This document shows positions 8,800-18,663 of a DNA stretch of 64,000 bases, one piece after another (position 1 is the stretch's first letter; every line of letters starts with the position of its first letter). The translations under genes and the position numbers were made by a program. Source of the stretch: an uncultured Chloroflexia bacterium. GTDB lineage: Bacteria; Chloroflexota; Limnocylindria; Limnocylindrales; CSP1-4. Where the stretch lies: positions 324,635 through 388,634 of the forward strand of contig CAVVCZ010000001.1 of the NCBI GenBank assembly GCA_963746845.1, in the 5' to 3' direction. Under the pieces are notes generated by a model. That model ran no database searches and was not told where the DNA came from. It saw only the letters and a program-made list of their open reading frames with translations.

Positions 8800-10434
8800 A
8801 TGAAGAACAGGTCTGCCCTGATCGCCCTCGCCGGCGCCCAGTTCGTCATGGTCCTCGACCAGACCGTCATGGGGGTCTCGATCAGTCAGCTGGTCGCCGA
8901 CTTCGACACGACCGTTACGACCATCCAGGCAATCATCACCCTCTACTGCCTCGTGATGGCCATGTTGATGCTCGCGGGCGGCAAGATCGGCGACATCATC
9001 GGGCGCCGCCGGGCCTTCCGCGTCGGCCTCGTCATCTACGGTTGCGGCTCCGCCTTGACGGCGCTCGCCCCAACGGTCGTGATCCTCACCCTTGGCTGGT
9101 CGATCCTCGAGGGCATCGGCGCCTCGCTCGTGCTGCCCGCGATGGTCGCGCTGATCGCCGGCAACTTCGAGGGCAGGGACCGCAAGGTGGCCTACGCGGT
9201 CATCGGCGGCGTCGCCGGCGCCGGCATCGCCGTCGGTCCGATCCTCGGCGGGTGGGCTACCACGGTCCTCACCTGGCGGGTCGTCTTCGCCGGGGAGGTT
9301 CTCCTCGTGCTCGGGATCTTCGCGATGACCCGGTTCGTCGGTGACGCGCTCCGGAGCGGGCCGAAACCTCGACTCGACGTCGTGGGCGCCGCACTGTCTG
9401 CGACCGGCCTCGGGCTGATCGTTTTTGGGACCCTGCAGTCGAGCGTCTGGGGTCTGATCGAGCCGAAGGACGCGCCGGTCGAGCCGCTCGGCCTCGCCCC
9501 CACCTTCTTCGTGATCGCGGCGGGCGGGGTCCTGCTGTGGGTATTCGTGGCCTGGCAGCGCCACCGTGAGGCGATCGGGAGCGACCCACTGGTCCACCTC
9601 GACCTGCTCAAGATCCGGCCGCTCCGATCCGGCCTTGTCGGTCTCTTCACACAGAACCTTCTCCTGATGGGCGTCTTCTTCACCGTTCCTCTGTATCTCC
9701 AACTCGTCCTCGGCCTCGACGCGCTCCAGACCGGCCTCAAGATGCTGCCGGTCTCGATCGCGATGTTCGCGGCGTCCGCCGCGGGGTCTCGCCTGTCGAC
9801 CCGATACTCCGTGCGCACGATCACCAGGACGGGGCTCGTCCTCTCCGGGATCGCGTGCGCAATGCTGCTCGCGACGATCAAGCCCGACCTGGCCGACCTC
9901 GCGTTCGCGACGGCCATGGGGGTGCTCGGTGCCGGGATGGGCCTGATGGCTTCGCAACTCGGCCTCGTCGTGCAGTCGTCGGTCGACGCCTCCGGTCGCG
10001 GTGAGGCCGGCGGCCTGCAGTTCACCGGGCAGCAGTTGGGGTCGTCCCTTGGGGTCGCCCTCATCGGCGCCATCGTCCTGGCGGGCCTGACGACGACGTT
10101 CGCATCGACCATCCAGGCCGACCCACGCCTCAGCCAGGAGGTCGCAGGACAGGTGGGGACCGCGGTCGGCACCGGGATTGACTTCGTCTCGTCCGCGGCG
10201 ATCGAGACTGCCGCACAGGAGGCCGGGCTCGACGCGGCCACGACCGCCGCGATCGTGGAAGACTACGAGCAGGCGCAGCTTCGGTCGCTCAAGGCCGGCT
10301 TGCTCGCGGCGGCGCTCCTCGCCCTCGTGTCACTCGCGTTCACCGAAGGCTTGCCGGGAACCGTGCCGATCACCGCGTCGGTGCCCGGGGACGGCGCAGC
10401 GTCCCGCGACGGACCCACATCGGCGACCGCCTAG
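8800..10434 (+). CDS. MFS transporter, DHA2 (14-TMS) type
   Basis: AQFVMVLDQTV, GGKIGDIIGRRR, GPILGGW and WRVVF, with many TM segments. Confidence 0.9.
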   Translation: MKNRSALIALAGAQFVMVLDQTVMGVSISQLVADFDTTVTTIQAIITLYCLVMAMLMLAGGKIGDIIGRRRAFRVGLVIYGCGSALTALAPTVVILTLGWSILEGIGASLVLPAMVALIAGNFEGRDRKVAYAVIGGVAGAGIAVGPILGGWATTVLTWRVVFAGEVLLVLGIFAMTRFVGDALRSGPKPRLDVVGAALSATGLGLIVFGTLQSSVWGLIEPKDAPVEPLGLAPTFFVIAAGGVLLWVFVAWQRHREAIGSDPLVHLDLLKIRPLRSGLVGLFTQNLLLMGVFFTVPLYLQLVLGLDALQTGLKMLPVSIAMFAASAAGSRLSTRYSVRTITRTGLVLSGIACAMLLATIKPDLADLAFATAMGVLGAGMGLMASQLGLVVQSSVDASGRGEAGGLQFTGQQLGSSLGVALIGAIVLAGLTTTFASTIQADPRLSQEVAGQVGTAVGTGIDFVSSAAIETAAQEAGLDAATTAAIVEDYEQAQLRSLKAGLLAAALLALVSLAFTEGLPGTVPITASVPGDGAASRDGPTSATA

Positions 10435-10451
10435 AAGGGAGCTGAACACCG

Positions 10452-11174
10452 ATGGAGCCCGATCGACCCACCGATGAGGAACGGACCGACCCGGCCGCCG
10501 GGCGATCGGTGGGCCGCAGCCGCACCTCCCGACCGGCCGATGTCCTGCCGCTTGACCGCTTCAACGCGTTCACCGATGGCGTCTTCGCGATCGCGATCAC
10601 GCTGCTGGTCCTCGAGCTCTCGGTTCCGGCCATCGGCGGTCGCCTCCTGCCGGCCCTCGCGGAGCAGTGGCATGAGTTCCTCGGGTACCTGATCAGCTTC
10701 GTGTTCATCGGGGGGATCTGGGTCAGCCATGCCGGGATGACGAAGCTGATGCGACACGCCGACACGTTGGCCTACGGGATCGACCTGCTGATGCTGCTCT
10801 TCGTCGGAGTCCTCCCGTTCTCGACGAATCTGATGGTGACCCACCTGTCCGGTCCGGACGTCGAGCCCGCGGTCATCATCTACGGCGTCAATGTGCTGCT
10901 GGCGTCACTGACACTGAGCCTGCTGATGTTCTACATCGCCAGCGAACGGACGCTCGTCGTGGATGGCGTAGCCGACGAAACACTGGAAGCAAAGGTCCGT
11001 CAACGCTGGGTCCTGATCGCCGTGAATATCGCCGCGATCGCCCTCGCCCTCGTGGCGCCGCTCGCCGCTGTCGCGGTGTATCTGGCCATGACGTTCCTCG
11101 CCCTGGCGCTTCCGCTGATCCATCTTCGTCGACGTCGTCACCAGGACCCCGGAGGTCGGCACCCAGCGACCTGA
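10452..11174 (+). CDS. TMEM175 family (DUF1211) potassium channel
   Basis: Signature RFNAFTDGVFAIAITLLVLEL, plus YLISF..IGGIWVSH. Confidence 0.9.
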   Translation: MEPDRPTDEERTDPAAGRSVGRSRTSRPADVLPLDRFNAFTDGVFAIAITLLVLELSVPAIGGRLLPALAEQWHEFLGYLISFVFIGGIWVSHAGMTKLMRHADTLAYGIDLLMLLFVGVLPFSTNLMVTHLSGPDVEPAVIIYGVNVLLASLTLSLLMFYIASERTLVVDGVADETLEAKVRQRWVLIAVNIAAIALALVAPLAAVAVYLAMTFLALALPLIHLRRRRHQDPGGRHPAT

Positions 11175-11224
11175 CCGTACGAGAAGGACCGCCCGGCACG
11201 CGAACACCACCGGGGCGGACGCGT

Positions 11225-13765
11225 TCAAGGCCCGTCCTGCCCGCCGATCCTGCCCGCGAGCTGGGTCCGACGCTCAGCGCCGAGCTTCAGCATCGCCGAG
11301 CTGAGGATCCGAGCGACCGTCGGGCGGCCGATGCCCAGCCGACGGGCGATCTCGAGGTTGGTGAGCCCGCGATCCACCAGCTCGACCAGCTCTCGCTCGC
11401 GCGCCGTCAGGCCCATCGTCCCGGTCGCACCGCGGGCGGAGCCGGGTGACCGCACGCCCGACTGCCGGAGTGAGCGACGGATCCGGGCGGCGATCGGTTC
11501 GGCCGACATCGCCGTCGCCGCGTGCAGGGCGCTCGTCAGCGCCGCGGTTGCCTCCTCGAGGCGTCCCGAGCGACGGAGCGCGTCGCCCGCGGCCCAGCGG
11601 CACAGCACCTCGTGGGTGGCATGGAACCCGGCCCAGCGTTCCGCCGCGGCGTCGAATGCCGCGGCCGCCTCATCGAACCGGCCGCCGTGGAGGTGATCGA
11701 GTCCCCGGAGCTCGTCGCCGGCGCCGGCCAGCGACGGTGCCAGGACGTCGTCGATCGCGTCCGCGGGCGCGCGCCCGAGGTCCAGGTGCGCCCAGGCACG
11801 GACCAGCCGCGGCTCGACGTGGGCGACCGGGATCGGGGCCGGGATGGCGAGCGACGACTCCGCGGACGAGATGGCCGCGGCCGGTCGGCCGCTCCAGTAC
11901 GCGAGCTCCGCCTCCCTGGCGAGCGCATCGCCCCGTCCGAGGAAATCCGGCGTCGCCGTCGCGAGGAGCGGGCGGAGCGTGGCCTCGCACTCGTCGAGCC
12001 GGCCCAGCGCGATCAGGGCCCTGGCTCGATGGACGCCGGCGCGCTGTCGCGCGCGGAGCGGAGCCGGACGTTCGAGGACCTCGTCCGCCAGGGCAAGGGC
12101 GTCCACATGGTTGCCGGCCAGGACGGCGGCCAGCGCGGCATCCGCCCGGAACTCGAGGGCGACGCTCGCCAGCCCGACCTCCTCGAACCGTGTCGCCTGC
12201 TCGAGGAGGAACGCGAGGGCGTGCGCCGGACTGGACGTCATCAGGTACAGGTACTGGAGCACCCGCGCCCGGTCGGTGGCGGTCCGATAGCGATGGGCCG
12301 CGAAGGCCTCGTCCGCCCCCGCCTCGACCAGCGCGACCTGGTCCGGCACCGGCCGCGCGAGCAGCGAGATCGCCGCGCGGAGGACGGTGAGGTCACGGGC
12401 GGCGACGGGACCAAGCCCGGGTGTCCCGAGAGCGTCATCGAGCGCCGCGAGCGCCCCGGGCCAGGCCCCCTCGACGTTGACGAGGAACGTCGCCACCTCG
12501 ATCGTCCGACGCACGGCCGCCGGCGACGTCGGGTCGACCATCCGCTCCTGCGCCCGGGCGAGGTGGGCGCGGCTCGCCTCGACCGCACCGGTGCGGTAGG
12601 TGGCATGCGCCACGAGCGCGTCCCGCTCGACGAGCAGCTCGGCCGTCCCCGTCGACCCGGCGCCGTCGAGGATCCGCACGATCGTCTGCCACTCGCCGAC
12701 CTCGTCGAGCAGTCGCGCGGCCCGGACATCGAGCTCCAGCGCCCCCGTGCCCGCGCTGGCGTCGGCTGCCGCGACGAGCAGGGCTGCCCGGGTCCGCGGA
12801 TCGCCGGCCGTCGTCTCCGCCTCGATCCGGGCCAGTGCCTCCAGGGCGACCCGTCGCCCGTCCGCGTCCCGGCCGGCGGCCGTCAGGTGACGCGCGGCAT
12901 CGGCCGGGTCGTCCGCGAGGTCCGCTGCCCGAGCGTGCAGCGCCCGGGCGTCGGACGGGCTGAGGGCGTCCCGGACCGACCCGGCGACGAGGTCGTGGCG
13001 GATCCGGAGGCCGTCCCGGCTGTCACGGACGAGGCCGAGGTGGCACGCCTCGGTGACGGCCGGATCAATTCGCTCGGCGAGCACGGGCCGATCGACGATT
13101 GCGAGGAGCTCGACGGCGTCCCGTGCCCCGGCGGACAGACGATCGACGGAGGCGGCCAACGCATGGGCGAGGTCCCGCGACGGCTCGCCGCCCTCGCTGA
13201 GCTCCTCGAGCAGCAGCGGGTTGCCGGCGGCGCGCTCGACGATCTCGTCCAGCCGCGCCGCGTCGATCGTCGGTCGGATCGCCCGGACGATCTCGCGCGA
13301 GGCGGCCGCCGGGAGGGGCTCCACGGACAGCAGTGTGCCGCCCGACGCACTGAACGCCGCCGCGGCCTCGGCCGCGCCGGCGTCGCCGCTCCGGACCGCC
13401 CCGATGACCAGGATCCGTCCGATCAGCAGTGACAGGGCGGCGAGTGACTGCTCGTCCGCCCACTGGAGGTCGTCGATGAACAGGACGTCCGGACCGACGA
13501 CCGCCTCGACGACGGACGCGACGCTCGACGGATCGCCCGCGAGGACCGCGCCGACGGCGAGCTCCAGGGGCAGATACGGCCGCCAGGAGAGCGTCGCGTA
13601 CGAACCGCCCTCGCGGATCCCACGCCGGGCATCGGCTGCTGCCGCGCGCGCGAGGGCCGTCTTCCCCACACCGGCCTCGCCGACCAGGGCGACGGACCGA
13701 TCCTCCCGGATGACCTCCGCCAGGTCCGCCAGCTCGGTCTCTCGTCCGACCAGCGCCGGCGTCAT
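11225..13765 (-). CDS. AAA ATPase-LuxR family transcriptional regulator
   Basis: LVGRETEL, GEAGVGKT, DDLQWAD, GNPLLL and a C-terminal LTARERE HTH. Confidence 0.9.
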   Translation of the reverse strand: MTPALVGRETELADLAEVIREDRSVALVGEAGVGKTALARAAAADARRGIREGGSYATLSWRPYLPLELAVGAVLAGDPSSVASVVEAVVGPDVLFIDDLQWADEQSLAALSLLIGRILVIGAVRSGDAGAAEAAAAFSASGGTLLSVEPLPAAASREIVRAIRPTIDAARLDEIVERAAGNPLLLEELSEGGEPSRDLAHALAASVDRLSAGARDAVELLAIVDRPVLAERIDPAVTEACHLGLVRDSRDGLRIRHDLVAGSVRDALSPSDARALHARAADLADDPADAARHLTAAGRDADGRRVALEALARIEAETTAGDPRTRAALLVAAADASAGTGALELDVRAARLLDEVGEWQTIVRILDGAGSTGTAELLVERDALVAHATYRTGAVEASRAHLARAQERMVDPTSPAAVRRTIEVATFLVNVEGAWPGALAALDDALGTPGLGPVAARDLTVLRAAISLLARPVPDQVALVEAGADEAFAAHRYRTATDRARVLQYLYLMTSSPAHALAFLLEQATRFEEVGLASVALEFRADAALAAVLAGNHVDALALADEVLERPAPLRARQRAGVHRARALIALGRLDECEATLRPLLATATPDFLGRGDALAREAELAYWSGRPAAAISSAESSLAIPAPIPVAHVEPRLVRAWAHLDLGRAPADAIDDVLAPSLAGAGDELRGLDHLHGGRFDEAAAAFDAAAERWAGFHATHEVLCRWAAGDALRRSGRLEEATAALTSALHAATAMSAEPIAARIRRSLRQSGVRSPGSARGATGTMGLTARERELVELVDRGLTNLEIARRLGIGRPTVARILSSAMLKLGAERRTQLAGRIGGQDGP

Positions 13766-14418
13766 CCGGCCCCGTGCTCGTTCGTCGGTTCGAGCCAGCC
13801 CCGTCGTCGCGCGACGGCGATCGCCTCGGTCGTCCGCTCCACGCCGACGGCCCGCCGCGCGTCGGCGAGACGTCGGTCGGCCGTTCGCCGGGCGAGGCCG
13901 AGGGATTGCGCAGCGTCGCCCAGGGACAGCCCCTCCGCCAGCAGGGCGAGCAGCGCCCGTGCCTCGCCTCCCAGCTGCGGCGAGCCCGGCGGATCGGTCG
14001 CCTCGCGCACCTCGACCCGCCCCACGTGGCGGAGGTCACCGACGAGCGCGTCGACAAGCTCGCGATCGGCGTGTGTCGCGACGAGCAGGCCAGCGCCCCG
14101 CACGGCGGCCAGGACCGCTCGGGCCGCATCGTCGGCCGTTCTGATGACCGCCACCCGGACGACAGAACTGCCCGGTGGCGGATCGGCGATCAGGCCTCGG
14201 ACGACCGGGTGACCGGCCAGGCGGAGGCGGGCGACCTCGTGCTCGGGGACCGACGCCGACCCGTCGAGGACGATCAGAGGCGGGCGACCCGGCGTGGCGC
14301 CGTTCGTCTCCGCCGCGCGATGGATCGGCCGGTCCCCCATGACCGCTCGGCTCGGCGCGCCCCTCCCCAGGACGATCCTCGGTGGATGGCCAGGATCGTT
14401 GCGCCGATGGTAGTGCAC
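13762..14418 (-). CDS. small LuxR-type HTH protein (start possibly 14340)
   Basis: C-terminal LLAEGLSLGDAAQSLGLARRTADRRL. Its stop overlaps the start of the AAA-LuxR gene. Confidence 0.7.
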   Translation of the reverse strand: MHYHRRNDPGHPPRIVLGRGAPSRAVMGDRPIHRAAETNGATPGRPPLIVLDGSASVPEHEVARLRLAGHPVVRGLIADPPPGSSVVRVAVIRTADDAARAVLAAVRGAGLLVATHADRELVDALVGDLRHVGRVEVREATDPPGSPQLGGEARALLALLAEGLSLGDAAQSLGLARRTADRRLADARRAVGVERTTEAIAVARRRGWLEPTNEHGAG

Positions 14419-14491
14419 GGGAGGCGCGCGAAGACGTGCGGTCGCGGCCCCGGGCGGGCCCGGGGCCGCGCCGAGTGCGCGCGACGAACGG

Positions 14492-15040
14492 TCAGGAGGT
14501 GTGGCCGATCGTCACCTGGACGCCGGTGCTGCCGTCGCCGGCCGGGAAGACCGACACCGCGCCACCGAACGAGCCATTGGCGTCGTTCGCGATGATCCAG
14601 CTGTATCCGCCGTTGGACGATGTCGTCGAGATGATCTGGAGCCCGGTCTTCGGGATCGTGCTCTCGTAGAACGACTTCAGGGTGTCGGGGGAGTCCGTCG
14701 ACTGATACATCGCGAAGAACGTGCCCTCCGCGGCGGTACGCGTCACTTCGTGTGAGTTCGGCGGCACGAGCTGCTTCGCCACCGCCTCGGTGTCGCCACC
14801 GACCCCGGTGGTCGTCCCGCCGCCGGTGGCAGCGGATGGGCCGCCGGTGTCAGCCGATGGGCCGCCGCCCGCGTCGGGGTTGGCCTGGCTCGGCTGGGCC
14901 GCCGGGGCGCTTGCACCTCCGGTCGTGCCGCCGCCGCCTCCCGCAGATGCGGCCGGCGTCCCGGACGACGAGCCGCATGCCGCGACCAGGCCGACCGCCA
15001 TCGCCAGGGCCAGGAATCGATGCTGTCTGGTGGAGCCCAC
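14492..15040 (-). CDS. lipoprotein
   Basis: GGAGG RBS with GTG start, lipobox LVAAC, Gly/Ala linker and a small globular domain. Confidence 0.7.
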   Translation of the reverse strand: MGSTRQHRFLALAMAVGLVAACGSSSGTPAASAGGGGGTTGGASAPAAQPSQANPDAGGGPSADTGGPSAATGGGTTTGVGGDTEAVAKQLVPPNSHEVTRTAAEGTFFAMYQSTDSPDTLKSFYESTIPKTGLQIISTTSSNGGYSWIIANDANGSFGGAVSVFPAGDGSTGVQVTIGHTS

Positions 15041-15160
15041 GGTCCTCCCCTCGTGCCGGCACGCTGCCATGTTGGCCCGATGCTCGGCCCGAGGACCCTG
15101 CCCGTCATCGTCCACCTGCGCCACGACGCGGGCCGGAGTGCCGCCCGGGCAGCCGCCGGA

Positions 15161-15270
15161 TCAGGGACGGAACAGACGCGCGATCGGGATGACCTCGCTG
15201 CCATCGACGCTCCCGCCGGCGACGAGCACGTCCCCGTCCCGGAGCGTGGTCACAGCGGCATCCATCGCCA
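15161..15270 (-). pseudogene. Kelch/galactose-oxidase repeat protein 3' remnant, copy 1
   Basis: AMDAAVTTLRDGDVLVAGGSVDGSEVIPIARLFRP*. It is a diverged direct repeat of 27850..27959. Confidence 0.65.
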
Positions 15271-15362
15271 ATCGGAATTGGACCGCCAGTTCGGTCCACT
15301 CGGCCCTGTCGCGGCTCTCGACCGGGGTGGGACGATGGCGGTTGACCCTGGAGGAGTTGGAC

Positions 15363-15611
15363 ATGGGAAAGGAACGGCAGGTGGTCGCGGACGTGATGAC
15401 CATCGATGTGATGGTCGTCGCCGTGGACGCCTCCCTCGAGGAGGCTGACAAGGCGCTTCGGTCGACCGTCGTGACCGGCCTCCCCGTCGTCGACGGCAGC
15501 GGTGCCCTGGTGGGTGTCATCAGCCATGCGGACCTCGCCGCGCACCGATTTGCCGATCGGAGGCCATCGGCCGAGCCGGACCCGTCGGGCCCGGAGCCGG
15601 CGAGGCGATGA
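15363..15611 (+). CDS. short CBS-domain protein (single CBS, possibly truncated)
   Basis: GGAGGAG RBS and VADVMT...GLPVVDGSGALVGVISHADL. Confidence 0.7.
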   Translation: MGKERQVVADVMTIDVMVVAVDASLEEADKALRSTVVTGLPVVDGSGALVGVISHADLAAHRFADRRPSAEPDPSGPEPARR

Positions 15612-15612
15612 G

Positions 15613-17334
15613 TTGTCGGCCACCGCGCTGCCGCCCGCGCCGACAGCGGTGAGTCAAGGCACAGCCCCTCATCTCGCTGTTCGGAGCCGTGGGCACGAGT
15701 TGATCGCGAACCCTCTCCTCAACAAGGGGACGGCGTTCACGATCCGCGAGCGAGATGCGTTCGGCCTTCACGGTCTGCTGCCGCCGGGTGTGGCGACGAT
15801 CGACGAGCAGGTGAGGTTGGAGCTCGAGCACGTCCGTCGCAAGGCCGATGACCTCGAGCAGTACATCGGACTCGCCGCACTCCAGGATCGCAACGAGACG
15901 CTCTTCTACCGACTCCTCGTCGAGAACCTCGAGGAATTCCTTCCCATCGTCTACACGCCCACCGTGGGTCTCGCCTGCCAGCAGTTCAGCCACATCATCC
16001 GGCGCCCGCGTGGTGTCTGGATCACACCCGATGACCTCGGCCGGATCGACGTCATCCTTCGATCGATCGGCGACGACATCCGCCTGATCGTCGTCACCGA
16101 CAACGAGCGGATCCTGGGCCTCGGTGACCAGGGGGCCGGCGGGATGGCGATCCCGGTGGGCAAGCTGGCGCTGTACACCGCGGCCGCGGGTATCCATCCG
16201 GCGCGGACGCTGCCCGTCTCGCTCGATGTCGGGACCGACCGTCGGGAGCTCCGGGACGATCCGCTCTACGTCGGTTACCGCGCGCCGCGGTTGCGCGGAA
16301 CCGAGTACGACGCGGTGGTGGAGGCGTTCGTGGACGCCGTAGCCCGGGTGTTCCCGGCGGCCATCGTCCAATGGGAGGACTTCAAGGGACACAATGCGGT
16401 ACGAGTCCTCGACAGCTATCGGCACCGGCAGCCGAGCTTCAATGACGACATCCAGGGGACCGGAGCGGTCGTCCTCGGTGGTCTCCTCGCTGCGCGCCGA
16501 GTGCGTGGGGGCCTGACCTCCGACCGCTTCCTGTTCGTCGGCGCGGGTGGAGCGGCGATCGGCATCGCCGCTCTCCTGCAGCGCGAGCTCATCGCCGAGG
16601 GCATGGATCCGCACGCCGCGGCTGCGGCCATCGTGATGCTCGACAGCAACGGCCTGGTCCATACGGAACGCCCGGCATTGCCCGACGATCAGCGGACGTT
16701 CGCCGTCGATCCCGCTCGGCTCCTGGGCGCCGGGCTGCGACCGTCGGAGCTGGTCGACCCGGTCGCGATCGCCCGTGTCGCCGAGTCGACGGTGCTGATC
16801 GGCGCGACCGCCTGCTCGGGTGCGTTCACGGAGGCCCTCGTCCGCGAAGTTGGACTCCACGACGCGGTGCCGATCGTGCTGCCGCTGTCCAACCCGGGCT
16901 CCTGCGCGGAGGCACGTCCGGAGGACATCCTCGCCTGGACCGGAGGACGCGCTCTCGTCGCTGCGGGTGGCCCGAGTCGCGAGGTCGACGGGCCCGAGGG
17001 CGTTCGGGTCATCGGCCAGGCGAACAACGTCTTCATCTTCCCCGGGATGGGCCTCGGTGCGATCGTCGCCCAGACGCGCGAGGTGACCGACGACATGTTC
17101 CTGGTGGCCGCTCATCGCCTGGCCGATCTCGTGTCGGACGAGCGATTGCGGTCGGGCGCGCTCTACCCGCCCGTGGCCGGGCTCCGAGCCGTGGCGCGGG
17201 CGATCGCGATCGCCGTGATCGGCAAGGCCCGCGATGACGGGCACGGGCTGGCCTACACGGATCCGGAGATCGAGGTCGCCGTCGATCGTTCGATGTGGTG
17301 GCCCGACTACGTCGCGCTCGAGCCGGGCGACTGA
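15613..17334 (+). CDS. maeA: NAD-dependent malic enzyme
   Basis: NKGTAFT, VTDNERILGLGDQG, QWEDF, FNDDIQGT, LSNP and GQANN. Start is approximate. Confidence 0.92.
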   Translation: MSATALPPAPTAVSQGTAPHLAVRSRGHELIANPLLNKGTAFTIRERDAFGLHGLLPPGVATIDEQVRLELEHVRRKADDLEQYIGLAALQDRNETLFYRLLVENLEEFLPIVYTPTVGLACQQFSHIIRRPRGVWITPDDLGRIDVILRSIGDDIRLIVVTDNERILGLGDQGAGGMAIPVGKLALYTAAAGIHPARTLPVSLDVGTDRRELRDDPLYVGYRAPRLRGTEYDAVVEAFVDAVARVFPAAIVQWEDFKGHNAVRVLDSYRHRQPSFNDDIQGTGAVVLGGLLAARRVRGGLTSDRFLFVGAGGAAIGIAALLQRELIAEGMDPHAAAAAIVMLDSNGLVHTERPALPDDQRTFAVDPARLLGAGLRPSELVDPVAIARVAESTVLIGATACSGAFTEALVREVGLHDAVPIVLPLSNPGSCAEARPEDILAWTGGRALVAAGGPSREVDGPEGVRVIGQANNVFIFPGMGLGAIVAQTREVTDDMFLVAAHRLADLVSDERLRSGALYPPVAGLRAVARAIAIAVIGKARDDGHGLAYTDPEIEVAVDRSMWWPDYVALEPGD

Positions 17335-17361
17335 TCCATCCCGGATTGTCCGGGCGGGCCC

Positions 17362-18603
17362 TCAGACGCGTTCGAAGGCCATCGCCACCGACCCGCCGCC
17401 ACCGAGGCAGAGGGTCGCGAGGCCGTAGTGGCCCTGGCGACGCTGGAGCTCGTACAGGAGGGTTGCAACGATGCGCGCGCCCGATGCTCCGATCGGGTGA
17501 CCCAGGGCAATCGCCCCACCGTTCACGTTCACCTTGTCCCAGTCGAAGCCGAGCTCGCCGCCGTCGGCGAGGGTCTGGGCCGCGAACGCCTCGTTGATCT
17601 CGACGAGATCGAACGCCTCGATCGGCATCTCGATCCGATCGAGCAGCCGGCGGACGCCCTGGACCGGCGCGAGGAACAGCCACTTCGGCTCGACCTCCGC
17701 CTGGGCATAGCCGATGATCCTGGCGAGTGGCTTGAGGCCATATCGCTCGACGGTCCGCTCGCTGGCGACGACGGTCGCGGCCGCGCCGTCCGTGATGCCC
17801 GGGGCATTTCCGGCCGTGACCGTGCCCTCGGTCGCGTCACCGCGATCCTCGCCGTCGGGCAGCGGGAAGACCGCCTTGAGCCGCGCCAGGGCCTCGATCG
17901 TCGAATCGCGCCGGGGACCCTCGTCGACGGCCACCACGGTCTCGCGACCCTTGGCATCGCGCAGGGTGACCGGCGCGATCTCCGCCTCGAACCGGCCTTC
18001 ATCGATCGCCGCAACCGCCCGCTGGTGGCTGCGCAGGGCGAACTCGTCCTGGTCCTGACGGCTGACGTTGTTCGAGATCGCGACGCGCTCGGCATGGGTG
18101 CCCATGTGACACCCTTCGATCGCGCAGGTCAGGCCATCCTGGACCGTCGCGTCGACCAGCGTTCCGTTGCCCAGGCGATAGCCGAAACGCGCCCGAGGCA
18201 GGAAGTAGGGCGCGCCGTTCATGCTCTCCATCCCGCCCGCGACGACCACTTCGGCGTCGCCGGCCCGGATCTCGGCCGCCGCGAGCATGATGGCCTTGAG
18301 CGCGGAACCGCAGACGCGGTTGATGGTCGTCGCGCTCGTCGTGACGGGCAACCCGCCACGCAGGGCTGCCTGACGTGCGGGTGCCTGACCGACGCCGGCC
18401 TGCAGCACCTGGCCCATGAGGACCTCGTCAACCGGGACCTCGGCCGGCAGGCCACTCCGCTCGACCGCGGCCCGAATGGCGACTCCGCCAAGCTCGACTG
18501 CCGGCACATCGGCCAGCGCGCCCCCGAACTTGCCGATGGGTGTCCGTGCTGCGCTCACCAGATAAACGCCACCATTGCGTTCGGCGCGGGCCGTGTCAGT
18601 CAT
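17362..18603 (-). CDS. phaA: acetyl-CoA acetyltransferase (beta-ketothiolase)
   Basis: INRVCGS, NEAFA, GAIALGHPIGASG and LCLGGG. Located in the PHA cluster. Confidence 0.9.
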   Translation of the reverse strand: MTDTARAERNGGVYLVSAARTPIGKFGGALADVPAVELGGVAIRAAVERSGLPAEVPVDEVLMGQVLQAGVGQAPARQAALRGGLPVTTSATTINRVCGSALKAIMLAAAEIRAGDAEVVVAGGMESMNGAPYFLPRARFGYRLGNGTLVDATVQDGLTCAIEGCHMGTHAERVAISNNVSRQDQDEFALRSHQRAVAAIDEGRFEAEIAPVTLRDAKGRETVVAVDEGPRRDSTIEALARLKAVFPLPDGEDRGDATEGTVTAGNAPGITDGAAATVVASERTVERYGLKPLARIIGYAQAEVEPKWLFLAPVQGVRRLLDRIEMPIEAFDLVEINEAFAAQTLADGGELGFDWDKVNVNGGAIALGHPIGASGARIVATLLYELQRRQGHYGLATLCLGGGGSVAMAFERV

Positions 18604-18663
18604 CGTGTGTCTCCTCTGGGAGCGATCGGTCTCGATGGAAACGAAGGGTCGACGGGCCGGAGA

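Noticed and set aside
17474-17486. Additional gcgcgcccga matches (also near 11768)
   Set aside because: Short chance matches inside intact genes, without the outer arm or the GG core.
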